64,000 nucleotides of DNA from Yuukianura sp. NJ FZ-2021. Taxonomy: Eukaryota. The number at the start of each line of letters is the position of its first letter. Position 1 is the first letter of the stretch. The stretch lies in the NCBI GenBank assembly GCA_046563655.1, contig CM102289.1:8928001-8992000 (forward strand), given 5' to 3'. This document shows positions 13,134 through 25,100 of the stretch, piece after piece. The position numbers and the translations under genes were made by a program. The notes beneath the pieces are model-generated. The model had not been told where the DNA came from. It saw nothing but the letters and a program-made list of their open reading frames with translations, and did no database searches.

Positions 13134-16100
13134 ATGAAAAAAGAGAAAGCTGTTTGGCTTGCAAGTATTTCCGTGATTCTACTAGGACTTGACCAGGTGA
13201 GTTTTTATTTTTCAATGTTAAATCTATGCATAAGAAGAGCGTAACTTACGGTGGTTACGCTGCGTAACCCTAACCTCAAAGTGCTAAATGGTATTTGTTT
13301 TCAAAAGAAGTTTTCGTTCCGCTTGGACCACCAAGCCTCACTTTTGACTTTTTTACGGTCATCTCTCTCAAAGAAGTTGGACTCCACAATGTCAAAAGTT
13401 AATTGAATTCTACTTTTTGAAAAGAGTTTCCAAGACTGTGATAATGAATACTGGAGGAGTTTGTTCTATTGTTGTTTTGGTTCCCTGCTAATTGGAGTTG
13501 AAGATCTGAGAGATTTGGGGGCCCTTGAAGGCTCAATATGGACTTCCCTCCCTCCGAGATTCCTTAGAACTTAAGCTTAGCTTAACTCTGGTTTAAGGGA
13601 CCGCCTGCAGGGCCCTGTTGCTCCGGTGACCCACTGAAAGTTCATAAGGTTACGCAGACAATTCACTTAAAGGGTCCTCCCCTTTCTGTTGCAAAGTTTT
13701 TCCGGTCCTGTCATAGTTGGGTTACAGTAAAGAAGAGTTATGGGCTTTTCTTGTGGACTGAGGCACTTTTACGTTTTTATGCCGTGGGTATTTTTGGTGA
13801 TACAGTAAAACCCCGCGTTTAGCAACCTGCTCTGATTGGGATTTATACCGTAAAGTTTCTGATTCACGCCGAATGTAGATGTCAACAGTTGAATTGTTTA
13901 GAAAGTTCAGTTTTCCTTGGCGGGATTTAGGTTTGCTAATACAGTAAAACCCGTCTTTTGGCAACTTTTTCTGATTGGCCAGCTGCAGGAAGTTGTACCG
14001 TAAACGTTCTAATTACGTTCATTCGAATTTTTTTTAAAGTGGAGCTTCTCAGGTTTTTACGGTATGCCACTCGCAAAAATAAAGTTGCCATTAGAAGGGT
14101 TTTACTGTAACTCTTTTCCTGGATTAGTCACTTTCTTTGTGGAGTAGTAAAAAGCCGATGGGGTACTTTCTCAGAAGTGGAAGTGTGTTCGAAGGGCCCC
14201 CTTTACTCTTTTGAAGTTATTTTAAGAAGGGGACTTAAGGACTCTCAAGTCGTAAGCCTATGGTTTTAGGTTTTGTTTAAGGAAGAGGGAGATGATGAGG
14301 CTGATAATATGCGGAGAGTAGGATTTTAAAAGTGTAAACATTGTTAGTTCGTCACGGTCCCACCCAATTAGACTGAATGACTTCACACTCCGCAGAATAG
14401 TTACTCCCTCCATAGTTACTTCCTCCGCAGTTACTTCCTTTTCCTCCGCCACGGTCATGGTCTTTTGTCACCCTCTGAGAATTAGGTTTAAGTCTTTAAC
14501 CCTATTTTCACCTGCATTCTTCAACTTTAACACTCAAACACCCTAATACAGGATTTCCTGAAAAAATGAATTTTTTTTCCTGAAACAGAATTTTTTCGGA
14601 ATTTTTTTGAATTTTGTTGGTAGTGAACAGCTTGATCTGGTGACTCTTTTCCATTTCACGGATGAGTTACGACGTACCTGCTTTTTGCTTTTTTTTTGTC
14701 GTAACAAATCCAGTAAAATTGTGTTGGATTTCGGAAACTAGATCTGTGGGTCAACGCTTTTTTTTGAAATGGTGTGCTGATACGACTTACAACTTTCAAG
14801 TACAGATATCTTGAGCACTGAATTCGATACACGCACGCACAAGTATTACACAAGTAGCTCTGTTCATAACTTGTAAAGCTTCCCTTAACAATGATTTTGT
14901 GAACAGAATAGAACAGATAAGGTTTCTAGAAGGAATAAGTTGGTCGAAGATGAGCTACGCTTTGGTCATGTCAATTTCCATTTCATGGTAGAATGAATTT
15001 TCAATTTTTTGACGTTATTCTTGGAAAAGTTTTTTTATTGGGGAGATTTTAGTGAAAGAAGAAAGTTTTGGAACATTTTTTTTAAAGGAGCTTTTATGAT
15101 AAATTTTTTTGGGTTTGGAATCTTTTGAAATTTGATTTGAACGAAGCCATTTGAAGCCTAAATTTTTGGCTTGTGAATTTGAATTTGAATTGAGAGTAAT
15201 TATGGAGCTAAGGAATGAATTAGATGTTGGTTGGTTGTTATTTCCTGGACATAATGACTTTGTGATAAATTGAATTTTTGTATTGAGTTGTACACAATTT
15301 CCAGTGGAATTGGTTTCTTTTGAACACCGTGTGAGTTCCAATGAGATGAAAGTGTGCTGGATTTTATTTTGGTAAGTGTAGGTTTTGGCGGGAAAGGTTC
15401 TGGAGATGGTCCTAATCATCATCATTTTCATCATCCACGCTCACACGCCTTCGCCAAGGGCCACTTTCCCCAGTCAAAGTCACGGACTGTATACGTTTTG
15501 TATGAAATAGGAGCTTTGTGATTACTCAAAATGGAAATTGGGCTCTATTCAGTCACAAGACTAATTTTTAGTAATTTTTCAAATCCGAAAATCGGATATT
15601 CGCGGAATTTTAGAATTTTAGAATGAACGCCACTGATTTTTGGGAAATTTTCTGGGAATTCTTCGTTTGGTGAAAGTTGAATTAGAATAGAAGCACACGG
15701 GGTCGCTTTGTGATAAAAAAAAAATTATGAGTGAAAAGTCCTCACAAAAAAAAATTTTTGCGTCTGTGAAAATTTTTGACAAAAAAAAATAATTTTTCGT
15801 CTACCCATAATGAGTCTTTTTCAATTTTTTTTCGTCATGAGCCTTATTTGCGAATTTTTATTCTTAGAAATTCTTTTTGAAAGTTTTTATTTTTTCGGAT
15901 TCGATTTTTTTATCAGAAAAGAGTTTTGTAGATTGAATTTTTCGGTCGGTAAGCTTTAAAGTGTTACAGCTTCTGTTAATTAGAAATTCCAGTTGGGAAT
16001 TTAAAGGTGTTCAATTTGGAAGAGCCCTTAAGGGCCCATAACAATCCCACTTAAGCTTCCTTCTGGAACATTTTGAGAGAGATAAATGACGCAGTTGTGT

Positions 16101-19100
16101 TTGCGTGTCACAAAGTGACACAATTCTCGAAATCTGAAATAGTGTTTTTCAGTGTTTACCTATTTGAAACTGGTATTGATTCATGTTCTACTACGCCTTC
16201 AAACACGTTTAGGATTTTTATTGGCTCTATTTTGGAAAAAAATTGTTTTTTTGAAGTATAAGTGTAGTACCCTTGAAAAATCGTGTTTTTCATATCAGTT
16301 TTTTGGGAGTGGTTTTAATGGACTAACCTCATATAGAGACGTTAACTGCACAGAAGATAATGGAGTGTCAACAGCATCTGGGAAGATTTGTGTGGGATAT
16401 TATCCCAAATGACTTAAATCCGAAAAGCGTCTTTTTTCCCGCCTTTTTCCCTCCCCGCTCATCCGAACCTTATGATCAGCCGTGTCAAAAATATTTACTA
16501 AAAGCGTTACTATATTTTAATATTTAATGTTTGCTAATATTTAATATTTTCGCATTTACTAAATTTTTGGTATAGTTTGAAACTTAAAAAGAATTATTTT
16601 ATTGGTTCACTCTGCATTTCATAGTGTGAGAATGAATTTCAGGGTTGAGAAAAAAATGAAAAAAAAAATTTGTTTCTGAAAACTTGAAGAAGTAACTTAA
16701 AAAGTTCAAAGTTCACAAAATGTTTGTCGATTTTCGAAAAATTTTAAACCAATTGGGCACTATCCAGTGGCGGAGTTACAGCTCCTCGTTAGTTATGTGA
16801 TATAATTACTAGGATGGATGTTAAATATTTTTGACACGCCTGCTAACCTGTCTAGAGACTTCCCAGAAAATTTTGATTTCCGTTTTTGATGGATCTATTT
16901 GCTCATGTTCGTTTGGATTTGTAGACGGAGTAGTTGGAGAGCTTAGGATATGCTGGCAGTATTCGTGAGGAGTATGAAGTGTGTGAAGTGGGAATTTTAC
17001 TGCCTGGGAGCCCTAATCTCCTGTCATGTTCCTTTGGCTGGAAGACAAACAGAAGATGATCTGAAGGAAGCGGAGGTCCCAAGGGCCTCCGAAGTCCTAA
17101 TGGCTCCAGCTCCATTCTTCCGTCCAAACGCTTTTGTTTGTATTCGGATCAGGTGTGAGTTCCTGGAGGCCCTTGTCCAAAGATTTCACTATCTTCTGCT
17201 TAAGCTCTGGCCATGGACAGCTCTGTTCCTGGACATGTCTTCCCGAGGGACACCATTGGCTGTCCAAAGTGCTTCTCAGACACTTTCCGTTTTAGCGGCA
17301 AAGCTGAATGTGGATGAGGTTTCGGGAAAAAGCGATTTGACCTTTGACATTAATTTCTAGGCAGGTTTTCTGAAAATTCCAATCATTTCTAGGCAGATTT
17401 TCTGAAAATTCCACTCATTTCTAGGCAGATTTTCTGAAAATTTTAGTTTTCTGAAATGGGAGCTGATCATCAGGGATGTCAAAAATATGTGCTAAAACGC
17501 CCGAAGTATTGATAAAAAATGTTTTTTTTAAATCGCTCAAATATTTATTTATTTAAGATTAAGAGCATGGGAAAATTAATAAGTATTTAGTTACTAAAAA
17601 AACCGGAAATATTTTCTATTAACATTATGGGTATTGAGACTAAATATTTTTGACATCCCTGATGATCATTTATTGTTGAGCAGAGGTGAACTGATCATTT
17701 ATGGCTGAGCGGAGGTGAACTGATCATTCATAGAGCTCATTATGGCAGAACGTGACTTGCTTGGTGGAAAAGATGAGAGAGATGAGATGTGTTTGAAAAT
17801 TGTGCGAATCTGTGCTTGCACGCACTTCCGTTCAGGACGTGGACTCTTTTTTGAACACAATTCAAAACCGTTGTGTTTACTTTTTGAAAATTTCAAAGGT
17901 TGTTTACCGCTGTGTTGAATTGAGGAGAAACATTTTTGGGCGGGCCGGAAACTTGAAACAAAGGAGTACAAAAAAATACTTCAAAGTTAAAAAAAGTTTC
18001 TTTGTAGGAAAATTTTTTTGAGGGTTGTTGAAGTTGCAGCATGCTGTGAATTACAAAGTCATGCTGCGGTTGAAGTTTGCTTTTGAAAAATCCCGCCTTG
18101 GAATATTTTTATGAAGTTGCGGTTTAAGAATCTTTGTTGTGTTTGTAGGTTTTTCGGCTTTAGACATGACAGCCTACATAACTTTTAGCTTTGTTTCAAT
18201 TAATCTAAAAACTCGTAAGGTGCGGGCCCTTTGAAAAAATGGTTTGAACTTTTTTTTTTGAAAAATGCTTTTTCAGCATTTAGTTTTTGAAATACCGCCA
18301 CAAAGCTTTACAAGCTTAAGCTCATTCAGCAATTTTTATTGAGATATAAAATGGAGCCTTGTATTCTCAAGTACCCTGGGAACTTTAGAAGACTATCGAT
18401 TAAGTGCTATGAGTTTTACACAGGAAAGATCGCTTCATTTTCAGTTTCAGTTTTTTGAAAAAAAAAATTTAAAGAAATTTTGAAACAAAAAAATTGATAA
18501 AAAAAAACTTCGTGTATGAAAACACCTTAAGAGGAACTTGTCAGATCGAGTCAAGTTTTTTTTGAAGATTCAAAATTTCGAAATTACAAAATTTTGAATT
18601 TTTAAAAAAATCTGTTTGTGAGTAATTATTCAACAGAATGCCTGTCACTATGTCACTGCTCCGGTGATGACTTTTTCGGTGATAATTTTTTTCTCTCAAA
18701 ATTTCGAAGGTTTATAAGTCTTCTTTTTTTGAAAAAGGTGATCCATCACAGCCTATTCTGCCTCTTCCACTTTTAATCTTCTAAGCTTTTCTAGAAATTT
18801 TGAAAATGTGTAGGAAGAGAAGGCAGAGGAGAAAGGTTGCGTGTGAATTGAAGATTCATTGTTCTGAATTCCCGCGTTTTGTGGAAGGGGGGCTTCTGGG
18901 AGCTTTGATGAGTTCCGCCGAAGAGGTGTGCTTAATTATGCCAAGGCTTAGACTTCATTAAGGGCTCTTCAAGAAATCTCCATTTAAAGGGCGGAGTTCC
19001 TACACATAAATCAGAAACCAATTCGAACAAGAAATTTCAAAGTTCGAAATGGGTTAAGGGAGACGGATGAGGTCGCACAGGAGGCCCTTAAGGAACGAAA

Positions 19101-22100
19101 ACTTTTGAATTTTTGTTGTTCCCGCGCGTTTCCTGGAACCTGGATTCCGTAGATTTAAGGTCGCTGAGTTTTAAAAAGTTGCGGTGAAAGCAAGTTATGG
19201 GAGAGCAGGAAATAAAATTTTTTTGGTTATAACTGCGGGTAAACTTTTATTTTTTTTTTGTATTGCTGGAGTGGGTACGGGGTATAAATTAGACGGAGGA
19301 GTGACAAGGGTGTGTAAAGTTTTCTCATTAAAGTGGTAAGACGTATGGTGTGGTCGTGTCATGGGTTAAGACCAGCTTTTTTACTAGAAGGGGTAACTGG
19401 GGTAAGTCAGTAAGTTTTGGTTACCGTAAAATTTCTAATAAAGACTGGTTTCTAATAAGCGCCGGGGGTAAAAGTTGAGATTTTAAACGCTCGGGCCTCT
19501 ATTAGAAGTTTTACGGTAGGTAAGTTAGTTTTTTGGTGGTTGGTGGCAATGACAGGCTTGGACCCGCTGCGGCCCTGTCAGGTTTTCCAAGAAGTGAAAG
19601 CAGTCGGAGATGGAAGTTTCTTTTACAACTTTTTTTTTATTATATTCCATTGTTAAATTTTGGCGGGAGAAAGTCTGGGAGTGAATATGTTTGGAGATGA
19701 TGAAGTAGATGGATGGATGGGAAGTGGTCTAATTTCCTTTCCTCAGAAAAAACTTTTCTTTGACTAGAGGTGAATCTGTAATGAGGCGAAACGACTTTTC
19801 CAAGTCTAGACTAGAATTCCGTAGGCTATAGAAAAAACGAGGTGTAGAGAAAGTCAGAAATGGGATTGAGAGCTTTTGATTTTTTCCCACTTTTTTTGTG
19901 GAGGGAGAAAGTTGACTTGTTCAAGGAAATGAGATGTGGAAGGGGAAAGTGAGATTTGGCCGGTGAAATGGAGAAAGTGATTGAAAGTGAAAGTGAGTTT
20001 CCGACTTTTATTCCGGTGGGAGACACTTATAATCATTCGCCTCGTTTCATTATTAGAATAGCACCTCAGCCATAAAAAAAATAAATTCGAGTACTTTCTC
20101 CAAGTTTTCTCGTTTTTTATATTTTTTGGTTTTGTGTAGAAAGAATTTTTGCGAAACTTTGTTTTTTTTTCGTGGCGTTTTTTGGGTTTGAAAATTAATC
20201 GACTGGTGAGTGGAGGTTGGCGGGAGAGAAGAGAAAGTTGGCTGAATTTTGACACTTTCTGCTTTTGTTTTTTGTTTGTGAGTGGTGCAAAATTTTTGGT
20301 TTTGGGAAAAATGAAAACAGGGAAGAAAATGTGGGGTGAATATTTTTCAGGCTGAGGAGAAAGTTTGCTAAAAAATCTGAGTTTTTCTGTCTTAGTGTTA
20401 TTTTTTTTCTTTTTTGGAGAAAGTTTGTTGTATACGTTTGCGGTTTTTTTGGGAGTGAAAGTGAAAGTGTAGTTTCTGTTATTTGTATTTTCACTTTTAT
20501 TGATACACCCTCTGCCAAAATTGATCAAACATCATCGTCTTCGGCTTTCTCTTGGAATCTCAGGAGTAAGTTTAGAGAATCTGAGAAAACCAGTTGAGAA
20601 AAGGGATTTTGGAAGCAGGAACCTAACAGTGTACACAAGTCTCAAATGCTCCATTAAGCCTTATGTGCTCCCGTCATGCTCCTATTTCAATTCCATTTTG
20701 ATTTCACTCTACATTTCCTTTTGCTTTTCAAACTAAACCTCCTCTAGTTTGTTCAAAGTAAACAAAAATCGAGCAGGTTTTATTAAGTTCAACTAAATTC
20801 TAGCACAAAATGAAAAGAAAATTCAGAAAATGGTTACAGATGGAAACAATTGGACTGTTACAGAAAGCTGTTAGATTCAAATGTATCAGAAATTCAAGAA
20901 GAATGCTAATCCACAAACTATTTGGCACAAAATCAAAAAAAATCTGATTTTGTTAACTCAAAGATTTGAAAAAAATGGAAAATGGAAAATCTGAAACCAA
21001 ATTGAGAAGAGAAAGTGCAGCGTATTTGGAAGTTAATCTGATTAGCAGAACTTTCCCAAAGTGAAAGTTAGGTTGAATGTCAATTTTCTTTGGATTTCCC
21101 GCCATTTTGTCTGGTTTCTGGTACAGAATTTCTGGTTTCTGGTATAGTATATCTGGTATCTGGTACAGTGTTGCAGAGAAAACGGGAAAATACAAATGCA
21201 ATTGTGGTTTAGTGATGAAGTTAGACCTTGTTAGTGTGTGCTTTCTCCTTCCCGCGTCTACTGTCAAGGGGATGCGGATCAAGCTGCATGCTTAGAAAAG
21301 AGAAAAGCTAGTTGCCGTTTCCCTGGAGACATCACAATTCAGAAACGCTTTTTTGAAAAGCAACACTTTTCCCCGCTTTTTCCAGTTTTGAGTTTTCCCG
21401 CTTGTTTCCCCCTTGCGAGTTTTCCAGCTTGGTTTTAGCGTGGGAATTTTCCAGCTTTTTTTTTTGCTTCGGATTTTCCCGCTTTTTTTTTTTGCTTTTG
21501 AACTAGGGCATAAGGTGTCGTTTGAAATACAGCCAGAGATCTGGTTGGTGTTGATCCGCCTATTCTGGTGCGAGTATCGCCCAAATCGGATCTCCTTTGG
21601 TTCGTTAGCTCTGAAATGGAATTGTTAAGTTAGGTTAGACATTTGAATACTGTTGGAAGGTAGGATTGAAGTCTGCATGTTGAAGTTGGAGGTCCAATTT
21701 GAGGCCAAAAGAACTTTTTTGTTCTTTTTTCGCCAGAATAAATATGAATCCACTTTGTATTCTCTTATGAACAGAAAGTTCTATTGTCGAACCCAAGGAG
21801 AAAGTCGTTCGTCGTCTTTGCTTATGTTAGGCTAGGTCTTTGGTTTTAGTACGGGAAAGAATGGGTTCTGTCTAGTGGAAGTTCCATGTTAGCTTATTTG
21901 GACTCATTCCTCAACTTAGGCCTAACTTATAGCCTAAGTTGAGCATAGTCTCTCAACTTCAGTTTATGTTTCTTCTTCAATTCCATATTTAAGTTAGGTC
22001 TTTCTCCAAGTCCATTGGACTCTGAACTGAAGTACCGTAAAACTTCGAATAAGTTCCTCAGTGTTTAGTCAAAGTTTAGACGTTTACTATTTGTTATTGA

Positions 22101-25100
22101 CCGGTATTTGTTAGAAGGCCGGCGTTTATTAGAAGTTTTACGGTAACGCGAGGGTGAAGGCTGGAAGACGGAGGCAGTGGAGCGGATGTCTCACTTTCTC
22201 TAATGACTCGTCTCCCTAGGAAGTTCCTGAACCTAGGGAGAAACTGGAACTTTACGTTAGGCTAGAGCTAAAAAGTGGAACTTTACGTTAGGCTAGAGCT
22301 AGAAAGTGGAACTTTACGTTAGGTTGCCCCTACGGACGTTAGGTTTTTAGCCTAACGTAAACCTACTTGGCGTAAAAGCCTTTGGCTCTCGACATTTTTT
22401 CTTTTATGTTTTGAATATGTTGATGTTGGCCTTTGAAACAAGAAAAGATGGAGATTTTTTTGAAGTTTTTTGTCTTGACTTTTCCAGTTTGGTTCCAAAA
22501 GCCCTTTGACTTTTCCACTTTCTGTGACAAGGACTATGTGCTCTGGTTGTTGGTTTTTTGGCAGAAGTAGATGTAGAAAAGTGGATGCTGTTTGTGGAAG
22601 TTGACTTTGGTGAAAGGAGTCTCTGGAGTCTCGTTCCAGAGTCCAAATTGGTCCATAAATGCATTTGAACTCTCTGTCCCTATTGTTTTGAGTCGGACTC
22701 ACAAGAGATTTAGGCACTCGTCCATCTCTCAAATCAATCACCAAAAAAGACAAAACCGAGAGAGTTTTTTGTCTGAAAAAGTGATTTCGTTTTTTCCGTT
22801 TTCTGGACTTCCTGGAAACTAAAGACGATAAAGCTTTGTCTAGAAACTGGAGAGCAGGATTTTTGGAGCTGAGAGTTTTGCGTGGTTGTTTGACCCTAAA
22901 AGCACTTTGGCTTAGATTTTGGATTTTGGCGGGAGTTTTGGGTTAGGCGGAGCTCAATTGGAATCAATTAGTCTTACACGAGGGAGATAAAGTGAAAGTT
23001 ACGTCGGAACTGAGAAGATCTATTTCTATTCTTGAAGCGTTACTAAAGAATTTCCCCATCATTTCAGTTTTTTTTAGAAAGGAGAGTTTTAGAGTGGCCT
23101 GAGTTAAGAAATTTTTTGGTTTTCGGTGGAGAAAGTGTGGACGGTTTTTGGATTTTGGGAGAAAGTCATTTGTCCTCGTCGCTTGATTGACTTTTCTCTC
23201 TTTTTTCCATGTGACTTTTTACAGAGGAACCTCTCTGCTGGATCGACTTTTGATCAAGACGAATGGACTCCATGGTCACACCAGACGCCGTGCTCTCGTC
23301 CCTGTGACGGCGGAATTACTCAACAGTTCCGCAGATGCAAATCACCCAATGGATGTCACGGACCCTCTGTCCGCAGAAAGATGTGCAATATGCAGGTCAG
23401 TTTTTGCAGATACAATATATATGTATAATAAAATAAACAAATATACAAAAAAAAAATTCCGCAAAAAAAATTTTTTCCTCGGGAAAAAAAAAGCTAAATA
23501 CAGAAAAACTTCTGTTTTATCAACTCGCTCTGATTGGAGAATACCGTAAATCTTCTGATAATATCATATTACTCAACCCGCATTCATTCAGTATTTCCCA
23601 AGGAAAAATTATTGTTTTTGTCCATCTCAGTCGTAAAATCCGCAGTTTAACGGGAAATAATGCCCAATGGAAATGGACAATAAATTTGATTTGGTTTAAA
23701 GTTCACTTCCCTCCAAAAATTCAGGCTTTACGGTATCTCGGCAAAAAAAAGAAGTTTTTTTTTTAAAGTTCATTGCCCTTCCAGAATTCAGGTTTTACAG
23801 TACTCGAAAAAAAAGTTCACATAAGAGTGGTTTTGCTGTAAGTCAGAGAGAAATTTTTTGTAATATTTTTACCGTGAACGTCCATTTCAATTTCTCTTTT
23901 TTTCTGTTTGTTTAGCCCTGTTTCGAGAGAAAAGACTACCGTAAGGAGCAGTGTGAGGCTTTTAACGGGGTCAAGTACCGGGGACTTCCTAGAAATTGGG
24001 AGCCAGTAGAGGATCCACAGAATCCGTGTGCCAATACCTGCAGGGCACAGGGAACGACCATTCTGGCCAAATTATCAGCCAAACTCAAGGACGGAACGCG
24101 CTGCAAGAGCGGTGGACTTCATGTCTGTGTCAATGGAATTTGCGAGGTAAGAGAAAAACTTTAGTTAGAAACAAACTGCACTAAAGAATTTTTCTGGAGT
24201 TTGAATTTTTCTCGGGAAAAAGTGAAATTCTTGCTGGATCAAGAAAAAACTAAATTTTTTTCTTGACACAATTTTGGTTAAATTTCTTTTTGCGTGCGGT
24301 GCACAAAGTTTTTATTTCTTTTTGCGGTTACCGTAGAAAATGGAATCATTAAGCACCTCAATTTCCTATCTTTTGGTGGGTTTCAATATCCTTTAAGTAT
24401 TTTTTGAGTTGATGTGTATGTGGTGGGTTTTGGTGGGACGGTTAGGTGGAGCCGGTGGGACATAAAATTAGCATATCGGAGCATGTGGAATGGGGAGAAA
24501 GTGAGTTATTAAAGCGAGATTCCTACCTGGGGAGCTTCCCGGGATTTTCTTTTATCTTCCCAGATTTCAGTTTTTTCCCGGGAGAAAGTGCGATGGGTAG
24601 AGAAGGATTTGTCTCAAGTGAAAACTTCTTATCGGTTTTCTCCGTTTGGGATACTTGCCAAGTACTTTTTGCTATGCCTATACTTCCCAAGTACTTTCTA
24701 GTCCTAAAACTAGACAGCAGTGCACATGAAGCTAAACGATTTCTGCCTTTTTCGAAACACAAGCGTCTCACAGTTTAAATGGGCCGCCACTATTTTCTTT
24801 CTTTTTTGACAAGCAGACCACTTTATTTTCGTTTTTTTCTGTTTTGGTTTTTTAGGCTGTCGGCTGTGACCTCCGTCTGGGATCTCCGAAAATAGTGGAC
24901 GAATGTGGAATTTGTGGTGGAGATGGGAAAACGTGTACTACGGTCGTGTATCGGTGGGCTGTGGAGCCTAAGGGACTTTGCTCAGCTTCCTGTGGTGGAG
25001 GTCAGCAAAGTTTTTCAATTTCACTTTTTATAGTTAAGGGCTAATGACTTTGGCTGGAAGGCTCAGGTGAAGCAATATGCTGCCCAGTATCCTGTCAGGC

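Noticed and set aside
16903..17360. GC-richer intronic island with 136-aa and 74-aa ORFs
   Set aside because: No recognisable motif or consistent splice structure; a nested gene cannot be supported.
19854..20528. 224-aa minus-strand ORF (also 15015-15434)
   Set aside because: Lys/Asn/Phe-rich product of T-run-rich intron sequence, no true ATG start and no domain.
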